This document shows positions 10,301 through 22,599 of a DNA stretch of 64,000 bases, one piece after another. A program made the translations under genes and the position numbers. The stretch spans positions 89,716,001 through 89,780,000 of the forward strand of contig NC_086097.1 in NCBI RefSeq assembly GCF_963921235.1, written 5' to 3'. The stretch comes from Mobula hypostoma. Its lineage: Eukaryota. The notes under the pieces are model-generated. The model worked only from the letters and a program-made list of their open reading frames with translations, was not told the origin of the DNA and searched no databases. How positions within the stretch are numbered: the stretch's first letter is position 1; every line of letters starts with the position of its first letter.

Positions 10301-12549
10301 ACTCTGTGATGTTGGACAAGAACAACTTTCTTTGATTTCTTTGTTAGTTGAATGTCTTAAAGGCAGTTATTACTCAGGCCCAATCTTAAAGAGCCACAGC
10401 CGGAAAACGTGGTGCCTTAGAGGATGGGTCATTCCCAAAACCTCCTTGTTTTAATTCTAGTCATGAGTTATGATGAGTGAATCAACTGTAGTCCGGGGGT
10501 CTGCTTCCAACATTTACCCTCATTCTTCTTCAAGCAGATTGCTGTCAGATAATTTTCAAAGCAAGTGCTGTTGGCTCACACTAGACACACCAGCAGGTTT
10601 TGGGTACTTCAGGGAGAAATTCCAATGAGGCACAAAAATATTATGGCATTTTCACAAACCCCCCGTACATGTGAAACAATAATATTTCCTGAACCAGCCC
10701 TTAGAAATCAGCTCTGGCTACTAGAAAGCTCAGAGCTGTGGGTGAGTTCCCAGAGCCCCAGTTTGCAAATGTTTACCTGGAGTGAATCCAAGCTTTAATT
10801 TGCTCCTTCATTCCGACAACATTGAGTCTGGATTTGCCAAGACGTATCTTTGAAAGGGGGAGGGGGAGGTGTTCGACAAGTGAAAGATGAATGGTTTATG
10901 ATGTTCACACCTACATCTACTTACATCATTGACAGCAGCACCTCCAGAGTCAAACCATTTAAAGGAGTCCTGCCTTTCAGCAGAAGGGGTGCTGAGAAAT
11001 GAAAAATGAAAGATTTAAACAGATTAGACCACACAACATTGGAGCAACGTAAAAGGCCGGAAGATGGATAGAAGCACGCATAGAACACGGACACAAGGGA
11101 GGTGGTGTTGGCATTAATAATTTATACAGGAAAAGTAATGGGTCAAAGTTCAGTGTGAGTGGGCCAGGATTCTGGTCCACTGGTTTTTCTCAGTGCAAGT
11201 GAACGAGAAGGATTGGTCCTTTGGAATTCTTGGCTGTAGGAGTGAATAGAAAGGGGTTTGATCCTTCCGTATGTGGTACACAGGAGTGAAATGAAGGGGT
11301 TTACTCCACTGGGAATATATATAATTAGAATGATTGGAAAGGGGTTGGATCACTTGGGATTCTATATAATTATAATAGATGGTAAGAGGCAGATCTAGTG
11401 GGGTTCTAGGCACTTAAAGTGAATGGGAAATGGATTGTTCCAAAGGAGTTTCTACACTCTTTGTGCTGTGGTGATACAAAGCTCTCGCCATTGGTCAATA
11501 TTCATTGAGTGAACTGCAGCACTGCTCAAAACAGTTTGCCTGTAGCTGGCAGAATTCTTTACCACAAAGAGGCTTAGCCACTTGCAAGCAAGGCCCCAGA
11601 GTAGGGCCTCCTCTATCAGGAGTGCAGATTGTTAGGGTGAGGGGCGTGACGACAAAGAAATGACTGGTCATTAGCCATGTCTCCAGGACAACTGCGGAGC
11701 CTTTGTCCAGCCACTAATAAGTTATTTATGAAGGGGTCTTGTGTATAGACAGCCGGTCAGGGTGTTATAAAACTGACACATTGCCCTGGGAACAGGCTGA
11801 AAGTGAAGGGGTTGATCCTGGCAAAAGAAAATAACAACTATTCCCCACAGGCTTCAATTACCAGCTATTACACAGAGAGAAGCAGTGTGTATCTGTGTGA
11901 TTAACATTACTAGGGGAATTTTCATAAACATTTAGGTGTCTTTCCAGATCATTTTCTTCTGTTCAGACCTGTTTTTGAAGTTTTGCAGCTATATTTTAAA
12001 CACAAGTTTTGAATCTTAAGTAACAAGAATCCAGTACTTCATATCTATTAAAGCTTAATGCACAAAAAAAGTCACATTTTCCTTTTGGAGATTTTTCCTC
12101 ATTTTCCTAGAGCCAATTCAAACAAAATAAATTACAGTGGTGATGTTATTGCATGGTTAATATACAGCTGATGAATCCCTCCCACTTCTGTCTTGATCTA
12201 GGAGTTTTAAATGGCTTAGTGTTAAAACATTTGCTGATATCAATTGTCACATGAGTAGCAACACTGATGAGGGATTGCAGCACTGTTTAATGTGTTCCCT
12301 TACAGGCAAGACATTAACTTACACCACTCATGTAGACAAGATCAGCCCTACTGTACTATTGGCATAGGGTGTATCAACAGTATATCCCTCTGTCAATTTC
12401 TAAATGCGGATAATCTGGCCTTTCCTGAGATTGTAAAACCTAGAGACAGCATGGACTCAATGGGCCAAGAGGCCTCCATCTCCACCCCGACAATGCTATG
12501 ATTTATCGTTTATGGAAAATTGCAATCTGCACTTTGTTTGAACGTCATT

Positions 12550-12860
12550 TATGGGATGTGAGTGTGGATAGCGAGGACAGCATTTATATGCTCGTCACTA
12601 CTTGCCGTTGGCAGGGCAATTTTTTTAATGTTCAGAGCTTCACAGGATAAGACAGCATTTAATTGCCCTTCTACAGCTGCCCTTGAGAAGGTGGTAGTGA
12701 AGCTGCCTTCCTGATCCGCTGCACACCCTACGCCCACAATGCCGTGCAAAAGAGTACCAGGATTCTGGATGTCATATGGCTTAGTGGTGACGTTCCTGTG
12801 CTTTCCATTCCCTTGTCTTTCAACCTTTTAGAGGTCATAGGCTTGGATGATGAGCTACCC
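12550..12860 (-). mobile_element. Old LINE 3' end
   Basis: TGCCCTTGAGAAGGTGGTAGTGAAGCTGCCTTCCTGA is the reverse of a similar segment at ~63370-63440. Confidence 0.5.
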
Positions 12861-12949
12861 TTATGAACCAATATGGGATTCCTAGGATTTGGACACAGTA
12901 AAGGAACATCGAGTTATCCACAACCATTATATCCCTGAAACAGCATAGA

Positions 12950-13215
12950 TAACCTCACTCATCTCAAACCTAGTAAAAAATATATATATGATTATTTATT
13001 GATCTATTTATTTAATTGATCAGCTTATTTATTTATTCATTCATTATTTGCACAATTTGTCTGCACATTAGTTGTTTGTCAATCTTTACTTATGTATAGT
13101 TTTTCATATATTCTATTGTATTTCTTTATATTCCTGTGAAAACCTGCAAGACAATGAATCTGAAGATGGCGTATGGTGACATAATGTAATTTGATAATAA
13201 ATGTACTTTGAATTG
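12950..13215 (+). repeat. AT-rich LINE 3' UTR (Rex-associated tail)
   Basis: TTTGCACAATTTGTC...GATAATAAATGTACTTTGAA shared with 26875-27165 and with the tail of the Rex copy at 57000-57660. Confidence 0.65.
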
Positions 13216-13684
13216 GCTTTCACTTCATTTCCAGTTCAGTGTAGTGTGCACTGGAGTGCAATGTCCGTGAGCCATTGCCCTAGTTCTTCTTGCTGGTAGA
13301 CAGTATGGGTTTGGGAATTCCTGCCAAAACAGCATCAGTGAGTTCTATTGTGTGTCAGCGGGGGAGGTTATGAAGATTTAGGCTGGGGAATGTGGTAACA
13401 GTCCAGCAGGTTGCTTTGTCCTGGCTGGGACCAAGCTTCCCAAGTGTTGTTGTAGGTGGATTCATCAGGGTGAGTGGAGAGTGCGGTAAAAGCCTACAAA
13501 CAGCAGTGCCAGAAATCACTGGGATCATGTTGTTTGAATGATAAATGGTTGGTTGGCAACTATCTGTCTCAAAGGACAATGAGCGATGATCATCATCATC
13601 ACAAGCCTGGGTAGAAGGTATGGAGATCCTGAGATGCCCAGTTGTCAAGACCCCCTTCTTGGCCTCTCCATTGTAGTCCAAAGG

Positions 13685-14130
13685 AGAGCTTATGAAGCAA
13701 TACGTTTGGCACCAGCTTGGCTGTAGGAGCTGCCGGAAGGATGTTCAATGACGTTCGGCCGCCTTAGGGGCTCCACTGTGGATTTGCTGTCTGGGTTTAC
13801 TCCCGCAGCCTTTGTCTCTCCCAAGGCTGCCCACAAGGCAGTGGGGCTATTTACCCATAGATGGGGATCTGGTTCGTGAGCACCAGGGCCTGTCCACACA
13901 CTGGTGGCCCTGCATGCTATGTGTGCCGGGCCCAGACCTCCTATCCATCCTTTGTAGTTCAGCCTGGGTCCGGTAAGAGTTTAGTTTCTATGTGTCGCCA
14001 GCGAGGAGGCACTACATGAGGCTTGCTGTTGGAGAGTCTATGTACGGACAGGGAGCGACTTGCACATTCAGCTCTCCTTTTTGCAAGAATCCTAGTCAGT
14101 AGCGGAAGCTGAAAGCAAGAGTGACAAGCA
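13685..14130 (-). mobile_element. 5' UTR relic of an RTE-type non-LTR retroelement
   Basis: GC-rich non-coding segment that begins with an HDV-like ribozyme fold; RTE assignment is inference. Confidence 0.55.
13953..14129 (-). ncRNA. HDV-like self-cleaving ribozyme (decayed copy)
   Basis: Minus strand: P1 GCTTGTC (14129-14123) / GACACAT (13996-13990); P2 TGTAGT (14016-14011) / ACTACA (13958-13953), perfect; P3 GCC/GGC with L3 TCCTCGCT; J4/2 GGCTGA with C at 13962. Confidence 0.75.
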
Positions 14131-14199
14131 CTACCCACTACACTACAACACTAGACGTGTCACAACAACCATTTTGAAATCATAAGTACTGACCAGAAT

Positions 14200-14545
14200 A
14201 TAAGCTCATAGAATCATCAAGTCAAACAGCGGGGAAAAAGACCCTTCAGCCCATCAAATTCCATTGACACTCATTTATTCCAATCCTACATTCATCCCAT
14301 TTTTTATTCTTTCTATATTTCCATTAACTCCCCTATTTTTTCCCACTTACTCAGTCCTACACTGGACAGCAATTGATAGAGATAATTACTGTGTTGAGCT
14401 ACACACTCTGTGCAGGTGGGAGGAAACCAGAGCACCCAGAGGAAATAAGAATGAAGATGAAAACTCCACAGAGACGGCACCAGAAGTCAGGGTTGAACCC
14501 AGAACTTTGGTACTGTGAGGTAGCGGGTCTGCCAGTTGCATTGCT
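14200..14545 (-). mobile_element. HE1/V-type SINE
   Basis: Reverse complement of the V core (GGGAGGAAACCAGAGCACCCAGAGGAAA...AAACTCCACAGAGAC) with a tRNA-like head near 14490-14545. Confidence 0.7.
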
Positions 14546-14939
14546 AGTCCTTCACGGTCGTTATATTATCATGTTCCACAAGCCTCTGACTAAACTCTGC
14601 TCAACATTATCTTTAGTTTGAGTCCCTATATCTAGCTCTATTTTGAAATCCTGCTGAAGAACCTTTACCTGAGCTATTACATAATATTTCACCTGACAGA
14701 CAATATTCCCTCAGTACAGCTGCAGAGTATCAGCCCAGAGGCGTTGGAGGGTATCCATTAAGGAGGGTGAAGGCAGTCCGTTAACAGCAGGAGAAGCATG
14801 TTTATGATGTGGTTGAATTTGAGGCTATATATGATGGCCAAGGGATTGTGAGAAGTTATTTACCTGTCAATATCTGTCAATAGGCAGCTGGTAGCATAAG
14901 GAGTTAGTGGTTACCCAGGAGATCTTTTTGCATTCGGTA

Positions 14940-15240
14940 TGAGCGATGATTGATAAGTTTGTGTCCTAAGGTAGGAGTCAATTTTAGAAAATCTAGCACA
15001 TTTATTTTTCAACATAGTCCCCTCCTACATTTACACACTTAGTCCAGTGGTCGTGGAGCACATGGATCCCTTCTTTGTAGAAGTCAGTGCCTTGGACTTC
15101 CAGAAAGTGGTCCACAGCAGGGGTGGTTGATAAATTCGTGGCCTAAGATAGAAGGAGATGGGTTATACAGCTCTTGTTACATGCATGTGCAGTTCAACTC
15201 TTTGAGTGATTATGCAGAAAGTTTGAAGTTAATAACTCAT
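14940..15240. mobile_element. Truncated copy of the mariner-derived MITE at 43621-44234
   Basis: TGATTGATAAGTTTGTG.CCTAAGG..GGAGTCAATTTTAGAAAA.CTAGCAC terminal sequence and internal repeat match that element. Confidence 0.8.
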
Positions 15241-16494
15241 TGAAGTAAATATCTCACATCACACCAGCGATTATTTTGTGCCCTCTTTTTCCACATTATT
15301 GAATTTATTCAGGTCACATCAAGAAGCAAAAGTTGAATTAGTTGGATGCCTTAACCAAAACAGCAGGATCTCCAAAACTTTTTTTTTCCTTGATTTTCTC
15401 AATTATTTTCCCACAGTGTTCAATTTTGTGGTGGAGTGATGATCTCCAATCAGAATGTTCAAGATTCTACTGGTAGCCCATTCAGAACTTTCAGACCAAA
15501 TTCAAGAAATACCTGGAAATGTGTAGTTTGCAAGGCAGTGACAAAATAGAGGAAAAATAGACTTAGTTGGATGGTTCCTTCAGGGAGCCAGGAAATGCAA
15601 GCTGGGAAGAGTGACTAAATCACATGGTGTAGGACCCTATGCCTCACTTGCATCTGCCTCAGACAACTGATTACCTTACCAATTATAGATTTACAGAACT
15701 AGAGAGAGAAATAGACCATAAGACCATAAGACAAAGGAGCAGAAGTAGGCCATTCAGCCCATTGAGTCTGCTCTGAAATAGCACAGAAACAGGTTCTTCA
15801 GCTGACCATAAAACATCCATTTTCTATGTCGGGCTTACAATAACCTTTCTTATTCTCCCATATTTTCATCAAATCTCCCGGACACACTCTCGCTGACCAT
15901 CTAAAGTTTTCTTTCTAATTCACTCTTCTGCACTACCCTCCAGTTTACACCTCACTGCGGTGTCTTCTGACCTGTCCCGTGCTCTCTGTGCCTCTAGCCT
16001 TGCTTTAGAGCTGCCTTAAAAATTTCTCAGGCATCCTTATATTCAACAATGTGATATAAGGGGAAACACTGTTGTAAGGTTGGTTTGTATCAATATTGCA
16101 ATAAAAAGCCTAATCTCTGCATTATTTCCTGCTGTCATTATCTGCATTATGAACTCCTGTATCTAGGTTTAGAATAAAAACTTGTCAAGCTGTGAATCGA
16201 GCCTCCTACCAATGTGGTTTATGTCTCTAACTCCCATGCCCCCTTCAACTCTGCTGCTGCTTTTCAACTATAAGAATCTTGCTGTTTAATAATTGCCGTT
16301 AATATTAGAGAAATGTATTATACCTGAACAAATGCAGAATTATATGATGCCACAACATGAGCCAAATTATGTCCGTGTATCTAGGTCCTATCATCATATG
16401 AAAATTATATTTGACAGATTTTATTTGGAAAGTAAATAATGTGTTATAGTAACAACAGAAGTTATTAATTCTTCTGCAGTTATGACCTTGAGTA

Positions 16495-16690
16495 TGTGAT
16501 GTTTTGTAACTTCAAAATATTAAACCAATTCAAACGAAGACACAGGAGTCCAAAATGTGAGTCTAACTTCATGTTTTACTTTAAGTGAGGCACGCACGTA
16601 TCACGTGGTAGCGTGATGATGCATGCAATTAACGTATTTATACATTTAACCTGTAATGGATTAATTAAAAGAACAAGAATGCTTAATCAC

Positions 16691-16748
<58 letters not shown>

Positions 16749-16803
16749 TATATATATATACACCACATTACTCAATTATTATTGAAATATTAAATTCACA
16801 ACA
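16495..16803 (-). mobile_element. Solo LTR (309 bp) containing a (CA)n/(TA)n microsatellite
   Basis: TGT...ACA termini; 5-bp TSD GAGTA at 16490-16494 and 16804-16808; strand inferred from an AGTAAA-type signal on the minus strand. Confidence 0.8.
16691..16762. repeat. (TA)n(CA)n(TA)n microsatellite
   Basis: Seen directly in the sequence. Confidence 0.97.
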
Positions 16804-17001
16804 GAGTACATCTCTGATTTTAACCTGCTGTCTTTTGTTGGTTGTCGTCAGCTGAGTGGACCTTAATTCTAACATTTCCCACCAAAATACATGTGGCTTC
16901 TAACACTTTTGCTTCTCTTTAAGATGCTCCTTTGAACTTGCCTCTGCCCTCATCTCTCCTTATCTGACTTGGTGCCAGATTTGCAAGAACTATATCCACA
17001 C

Positions 17002-17120
17002 AGGGTCTCGGCCTGAAACATCAACTGTACCTCTTCCTAGAGATGCTGCCTGGCCTGCTGCATTCACCAGCAACTTTGATGTGTGTTGCTTGAATTTCCA
17101 GCATCTGCAGAATTCCTGTC
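17002..17120 (+). mobile_element. Penelope-type terminal fragment
   Basis: Near-identical to the arms of the 4600-4833 and 48201-48380 elements. Confidence 0.8.
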
Positions 17121-18169
17121 GTATCCACACCTGGGGATGTTTTAACACATCTAAAGTACACTGGAAACACAGCAAGGTATAAACAAACTTCCATCTCTGC
17201 ATTTCATCCACCAAGAAGTATACCTATTAACTTTTACTGTTTCATCATGAATAGCAACATAAAGTCAATGTGTCATATAAAAGTCAAAGTCTTTTTTGAA
17301 AGTGAAGTCCTTTCTCAAATAAATGTAAAAATGTAATTAGGAAAAAAGTGAGTGTGTTTCTATGATGCTCTTTCTAATATTTATCTCTCAGCTAAAATCC
17401 ATGTATAGACAATGTGATCATTTCTCTCATTGCTGTCTGCTTGAGAATGCCACCCTTTTTAACCAATGCTGATACTTCATTGGTTCATTAAAAGGTTCAT
17501 TATCAATTAAATTTCTTCCTTTCTTTCAATGCTTCCTTGCCTCTTTTGAAAACTGGAGCCTGCATATGATTCTTTGAGATTAGCTGGAAATTCTGGGGCA
17601 ATTTAAAGGGGATGAAGACTTTATACATCTATATCATTTCCTCATAATAATGTGTGACAGCAGAGCATGCTCTCAATCTATTTTAGAGAGCTTCAGGCCA
17701 ATTAGTCAAGGAGACAAGGAAAGAGAATGCAGAAAATAATATCCTTTTCATTCCAATTTTAGCCATTTAGTCCCTCAAAAAGTACTCAGGTCAATTTAGT
17801 TTAGCAATTATGCTAGTAAAGATTAATAATAAGTCTAATTACCATTATTATTTTGCAGCTAGATAAAATGATAGATATTCAAAGTATTCACAGAGAATGC
17901 TATTGATCTGGATATGCAAAAGAAATTACCCTTTGTAATGTTAAAGGAAGACGGGGCTACATTTCAGCTGCAAGATAATATATAGATCATTATATATTGT
18001 TTATTCTATCCATACACCACTCCGGAGTCTGCATGTGCTTTCTATCAAGGTGTTCCATCGTAAAATTTTGTATCCAAAAGCAATTCTGAACAGAAATTTG
18101 AACTGTAATTTCAATCTCATGACAATGGAGGCACTACAAGACTATTGCTGGTCAAAGGGCTTTTTTTTA

Positions 18170-18480
18170 TACATTCAGGAGATCTGGGCTCTGCTGCCAA
18201 GGCCAACATCTATTCACCATCTCTAAAGGTTCAGGGAAATGAGGGCAGTTAAGAGTTAACTGTATGCCTATGGGCCTGGAGTTATGTAGAACCAGAGCAG
18301 GCAATGACAGCAGTTTAAATTCACTGAAGGGAGGGCATGAAGCAGTTGGAGTTTTGGGGCAAACTAACTGCTCATGATGCTGGCATCTATTTTTTCTGAT
18401 TCAAAATTTACATAATTAAATGAATTTACCCGCCCCAGCTGCTGTGGTGAGATTTGAATGTTTGCTTTAACTACTGTGCT
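18170..18480 (-). mobile_element. Old core-domain SINE relic (family not assigned)
   Basis: GGGCAGTTAAGAGTTAAC...CTGGAGTTATGTAG...CAGCTGCTGTGGTGAGATTTGAA resembles an ancient tRNA-SINE in reverse. Confidence 0.45.
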
Positions 18481-20124
18481 TTCGCATCCCACAATAAGCA
18501 CACCAAATTTGGATTGGAATCTTCCATAATTAATGTGGGAAAACCTTCTAAAAGGAATTGCTTCGAATAGGAATTGAGCAGTGAGTCCCTTCACAGTTAT
18601 AACTCAACTTCAATAATCCTCTCCAAAGTTATCAGAAGATGCTATATTAATGTGACAAATTCATCTGAGTTTCCAAAGCAACTTTGGAAATCCAAATTTA
18701 TGAAAAGAGAACTTGCAACCGGATATACAGTGCAAGTGGCAACATATTATATAAAAGCAGATGGTGTGTTGTTGGTCTTGGTACAGTAACAAAGATCTAC
18801 TATTCAATTAGGTAAAAAGTAAAATAAACAATTTACTGCACGGCATCACAAAAGGTTCAGACATCTTTTCAAAGGATTACATCTGCCACAGATGTTTTCA
18901 ATAAATGCAAGAGAGAAACACTGTGACTAATCCAGGGATAAAGTAAAACCATTATAAAACTAAAGTTGTTAATTAGAAACATATTTTTTCCCTGTCTCTC
19001 TTGTCATTTCTTCAGTGTATCTCTCCAGTCTTATCCCCGGAGATCAAAACATTTTTGGCCATTATAGCACCTTCAGGAAACTAGACTGGACTCTCCAGAC
19101 CCCAGTTTGGGAGCAGATGCCCTCATGGTGAAGACATCTGGCATTTTATGTCTTTTCATTTCTCCACTGTCCTGGTTAACTTTGTTCTTTTAACCCTTTG
19201 AGGGCCTAGCAGAGTATTTGCACAAGCTCAAGGAAGGGGGTTTACATTAGAGTGGCGTTTTACACAACCCAGCAGTGCCCCAGAGCACAGGGTAGAACAA
19301 GTATCCTTAGATTTTAATTAATGATATTTTTAACCAACATAAACGACTCATGCTTGGCCCTACAGTCAATAGAGCATTTAGTGAGTGCAGCGACTTCTAA
19401 AATAATGGCAAGAAAACTTGCTGTGTATTTCCAGCTGAGGTGATTTTTCTTTCAGGTTCAGATTTATTGAAACATACAGAGGAATGCATCATTTGTGTTA
19501 ACGACCAACACAGCCATGTGCTGGGGGCAGCCTGCAAGGGTCGCCACACATTCTGGCTCCAAAATAGCACGCCTAGATGATGCTTCATTTTCCATCCAAA
19601 CAGCAGCCCTTTCTTGATACTGTACTGGAGTATCAATGGAAATTCACCGTTATCTGTCCAGGCGAGGACTTGAATGCATGGTTCTCTAACACAGAGAAGA
19701 GGATATTACACACCAAAATCCCCATGAACTTCGCTGAATCCCAGTCCTGGCCTTATTTGGGATTTATTCCCACACAGCTAGCTGAATGACACTGTAACGG
19801 TTGAAGATGCTGTTCTGACATGGCAGTAACTCAACATCATGGACCTCATGCCCATAATTACCCCTGTAGACAGAACATCTTATGTTCATAATTGCCCCTG
19901 CAGACAGAGCAATGGAAGCCAAGGGTAATTGCCATATTGATTGATGAGGCAAAGTCTGGGGATGATTGTCTTGCCTATTTCCTTTTCTGCAGCTTGGTCA
20001 GTTCCACCTAGAAGTGGTCTGATCCAGCATTATTCAAGTTTGAAGGACTTGTATGGTTGGAAGCCACTGGCAGCTTGAATAATGGTTAGAGAAGAGTAGA
20101 AATAAATGGGTCATTTTTACCTGG

Positions 20125-20720
20125 AGCTTTATAAAGCATCGGTCAGACCACGTGGAGTATTGTGAGCAGTTTTGAGCACCTTATCTAAGAAAAGATGTGC
20201 TGTCCATTGGAGAGGGTCCAGAGGAAGTTCACAAAAACTATCCTGGGAATGAAAGGGTTAATGTATGAGGAGCGTTTGATGGCTCTGGGCCTGTACTCAT
20301 TGAAGAATGGTGATGATGGTGGTGGTGGGGGGGATGGGAAATTTCATTGAAGCCTATTGAATATTTAAATGCCTAGAGAGTGTGGACGTGGAGAGGATGT
20401 TTCCTGTAATAGGGGCGTCGAGGACCAGAGGTCATAGCCTCAGAATACAATTCCATTCGAACAGAGTGAAGAGGAATTTTTTCAGTCCGAGGATGGTGAA
20501 TCTGTGGAATTCATTGCCACAGATTGCTGAGAAGGCCAGGTCACTGGGTGAATTTAAAACTGACGATGAGATGTTCTTGATTAGTATGGGCATCAAAGGT
20601 TATGGGGAGAAGGCAGGGGAATGGAGTTGAGGGGAATTATAATTCAGCCATGATGGAAAGGTGGAGCAGAGTCAATGGGGTGAATGGCCACATTCTGATC
20701 TTCTGTCTTATGGTCTTAAT
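20125..20720 (+). mobile_element. CR1 LINE 3' fragment
   Basis: LYKASVRP, DVERMFP..SRTRGHSLRI, FFSPRMVNLWNSLPQ; tail TCTTATGGTCTT. Confidence 0.9.
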
Positions 20721-20839
20721 TGTAGGTAGAAAACTGCAACTAGTGGGGTGCTGTGAAGGTTAGTTATAGCATCCCAGCTACCTGCAGTCTAAATCAGTGT
20801 TTTTGAAGGATATCCAAGTTTCCTGAGGATACAAAGGGG

Positions 20840-21160
20840 TGGCATAGAGGCACAGAGCTGCTGCCTCACAACATCATTGGTCCAGGTTCGATTATATCAA
20901 TGTGTGGGTTTCCTCCATATCCCAACGACATGTGGGTTAGTAGGCTAATCAACCACTGTACATTGCCCCTGGAGAGTAGGTGAGCGTGAGGAGCATAAAT
21001 GAGTCCTGAAGAAGGGTTAACTGTTCATTGATTTCCATAGATGCTGCCTGACCTGCTGAGTTTCTCAAGCATTTTGTGTGTGTTGCTTTAGAATAAAGTT
21101 GTGTTAGTAAAACTGGGTGTTTGAAAGTCCATTGAGATTTACTAGGTGGAAGAGCCTGCT
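20840..21160 (+). mobile_element. V-type SINE interrupted by a Penelope terminal fragment (~21001-21090)
   Basis: tRNA-like head GCTGCTGCCTCACA...GGTTCGA; GATGCTGCCTGACCTGCTGAG insert. Confidence 0.6.
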
Positions 21161-21439
21161 TCCTTACTGATTGAAACCAGATAGAAAATGAGGAGAAAAT
21201 TGGGCAGAGAACCTGGAGAGGTTGTCACTAAACAGGTTAACTGACTGAGCAAAAATGTAACCGTCAGAGTATAATGTGGGGAACTATGATATTGTTCAGT
21301 TTGGCAGGGAAAAAGGCAAAATTTATTTAAAGCATAAATGAAATTTTGCTATTCATAAAGATTTGGAATCCTTGCACAGGGGACACAAAAATCGAAAATG
21401 CAAGTAAAATATTTAGTCCAAAGGACAAAAGTCAAACCT

Positions 21440-21940
21440 CACCACTCAGAGTCAGATTTATTGTTGCTGACTTAAATAATGTGAAATTTGTGGTTTTGCA
21501 GCAGCTGTGTGATGCAGACATGAAGTTGCGATAAATGCCGGAGTAAATAAATAGCGCAAACACAAGAGAGTAATGAGGCAGGGTTCATGGACTACCCAGA
21601 AATCTGATCGGAAAAGGGAAGAACCTGTTCCTGAATTGTTGAGTGTGGGTCTTCGGGTTTCTGTACCTCCTCCCCAACCGTAGCAATGAGAAGAGGGCAC
21701 ATCCCAGATGGGGAGGGTCCTTAATGATAGATGATGCTTTCTTGAGGTACTGCCTCTTGAAGATGTTCTTGATGGTGAGGAGGACTGTGGCTATAATGCC
21801 AATAATTATATTTACAGTCCTATGTATTGAAGCCTCCATACCCGGCTCTGATGCAACCTGTCAAAGCACCATGGTACCTCTATGAAGATTTGTAAGAGTC
21901 AAACTCCTAACAAAGTAGAGCTGTTGGCATTCCTTCATCA
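21440..21940 (-). mobile_element. Rex1/Babar LINE 3' part
   Basis: Minus ORF YLKKASSIIKDPPHLGCALFSLL..GRRYR..THTQQFRNRFFP. Confidence 0.85.
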
Positions 21941-21949
21941 ACATTGCAG

Positions 21950-22415
21950 CAGTGATAGGCAGCAGTACCTCTGCCACAATTATTCCCAACACCGGTGCTC
22001 CACTAGGCTGTGTCCTCAGACTCCATCTCTACCCCCTGTACATTCACAACTGTATAGCTAGATTCTGCTCTAACTCCACCCTCAAGTTTGCAGATGATAC
22101 TATCACATCTCAAATAACAATGAGCCAAGAGTACAGGAAGGAGATGACAGTGTCATGACAACAATCTTCCCCTCGACGTCGGCAAAACAAAGGAGCTGGT
22201 CATTTGCTTCAGGAGATGGGCCGTGCACAGGCTCCTGTCTGCAGTGCAGAGGTTGAGAAGGTTGAAAGCTTAAAGTTCTCAAGAGAAGACATCACCAATA
22301 GTCTGTACTTATCCAACCATGTGAACACTATGGCTAAGAAATCTCACTCACCAGTGTCTCAACTTCCTCAAGAGGCTAAAGAAATATGGCACGTCCCTGG
22401 CAACCTTTACCAATG
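21950..22415 (+). mobile_element. Rex1/Babar RT fragment, inverted relative to its neighbour
   Basis: NTGAPLGCVL...YIHNCIA...LKFADDT; ends at LNFLKRLKK. Confidence 0.85.
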
Positions 22416-22599
22416 ATTCAAGCTTGTAATCCGGGCTGGTGTCACTAACGTGTTCCTCAGGAAGTTCAACTCTATATGAGGCACTCTCTCTCTCTCTCTC
22501 AGATGACATTACATCTGAGCTTTATGTGCCTCCTCAGATATGTGTAATAATTCAATGGCAATAACTTTAAAAAATGAGGGGAAAGTTAGTCCAACCCCA

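Noticed and set aside
10977..11413. Minus-strand ORFs as a possible viral or host coding relic
   Set aside because: No recognisable motif; short ORFs of this length are expected by chance.
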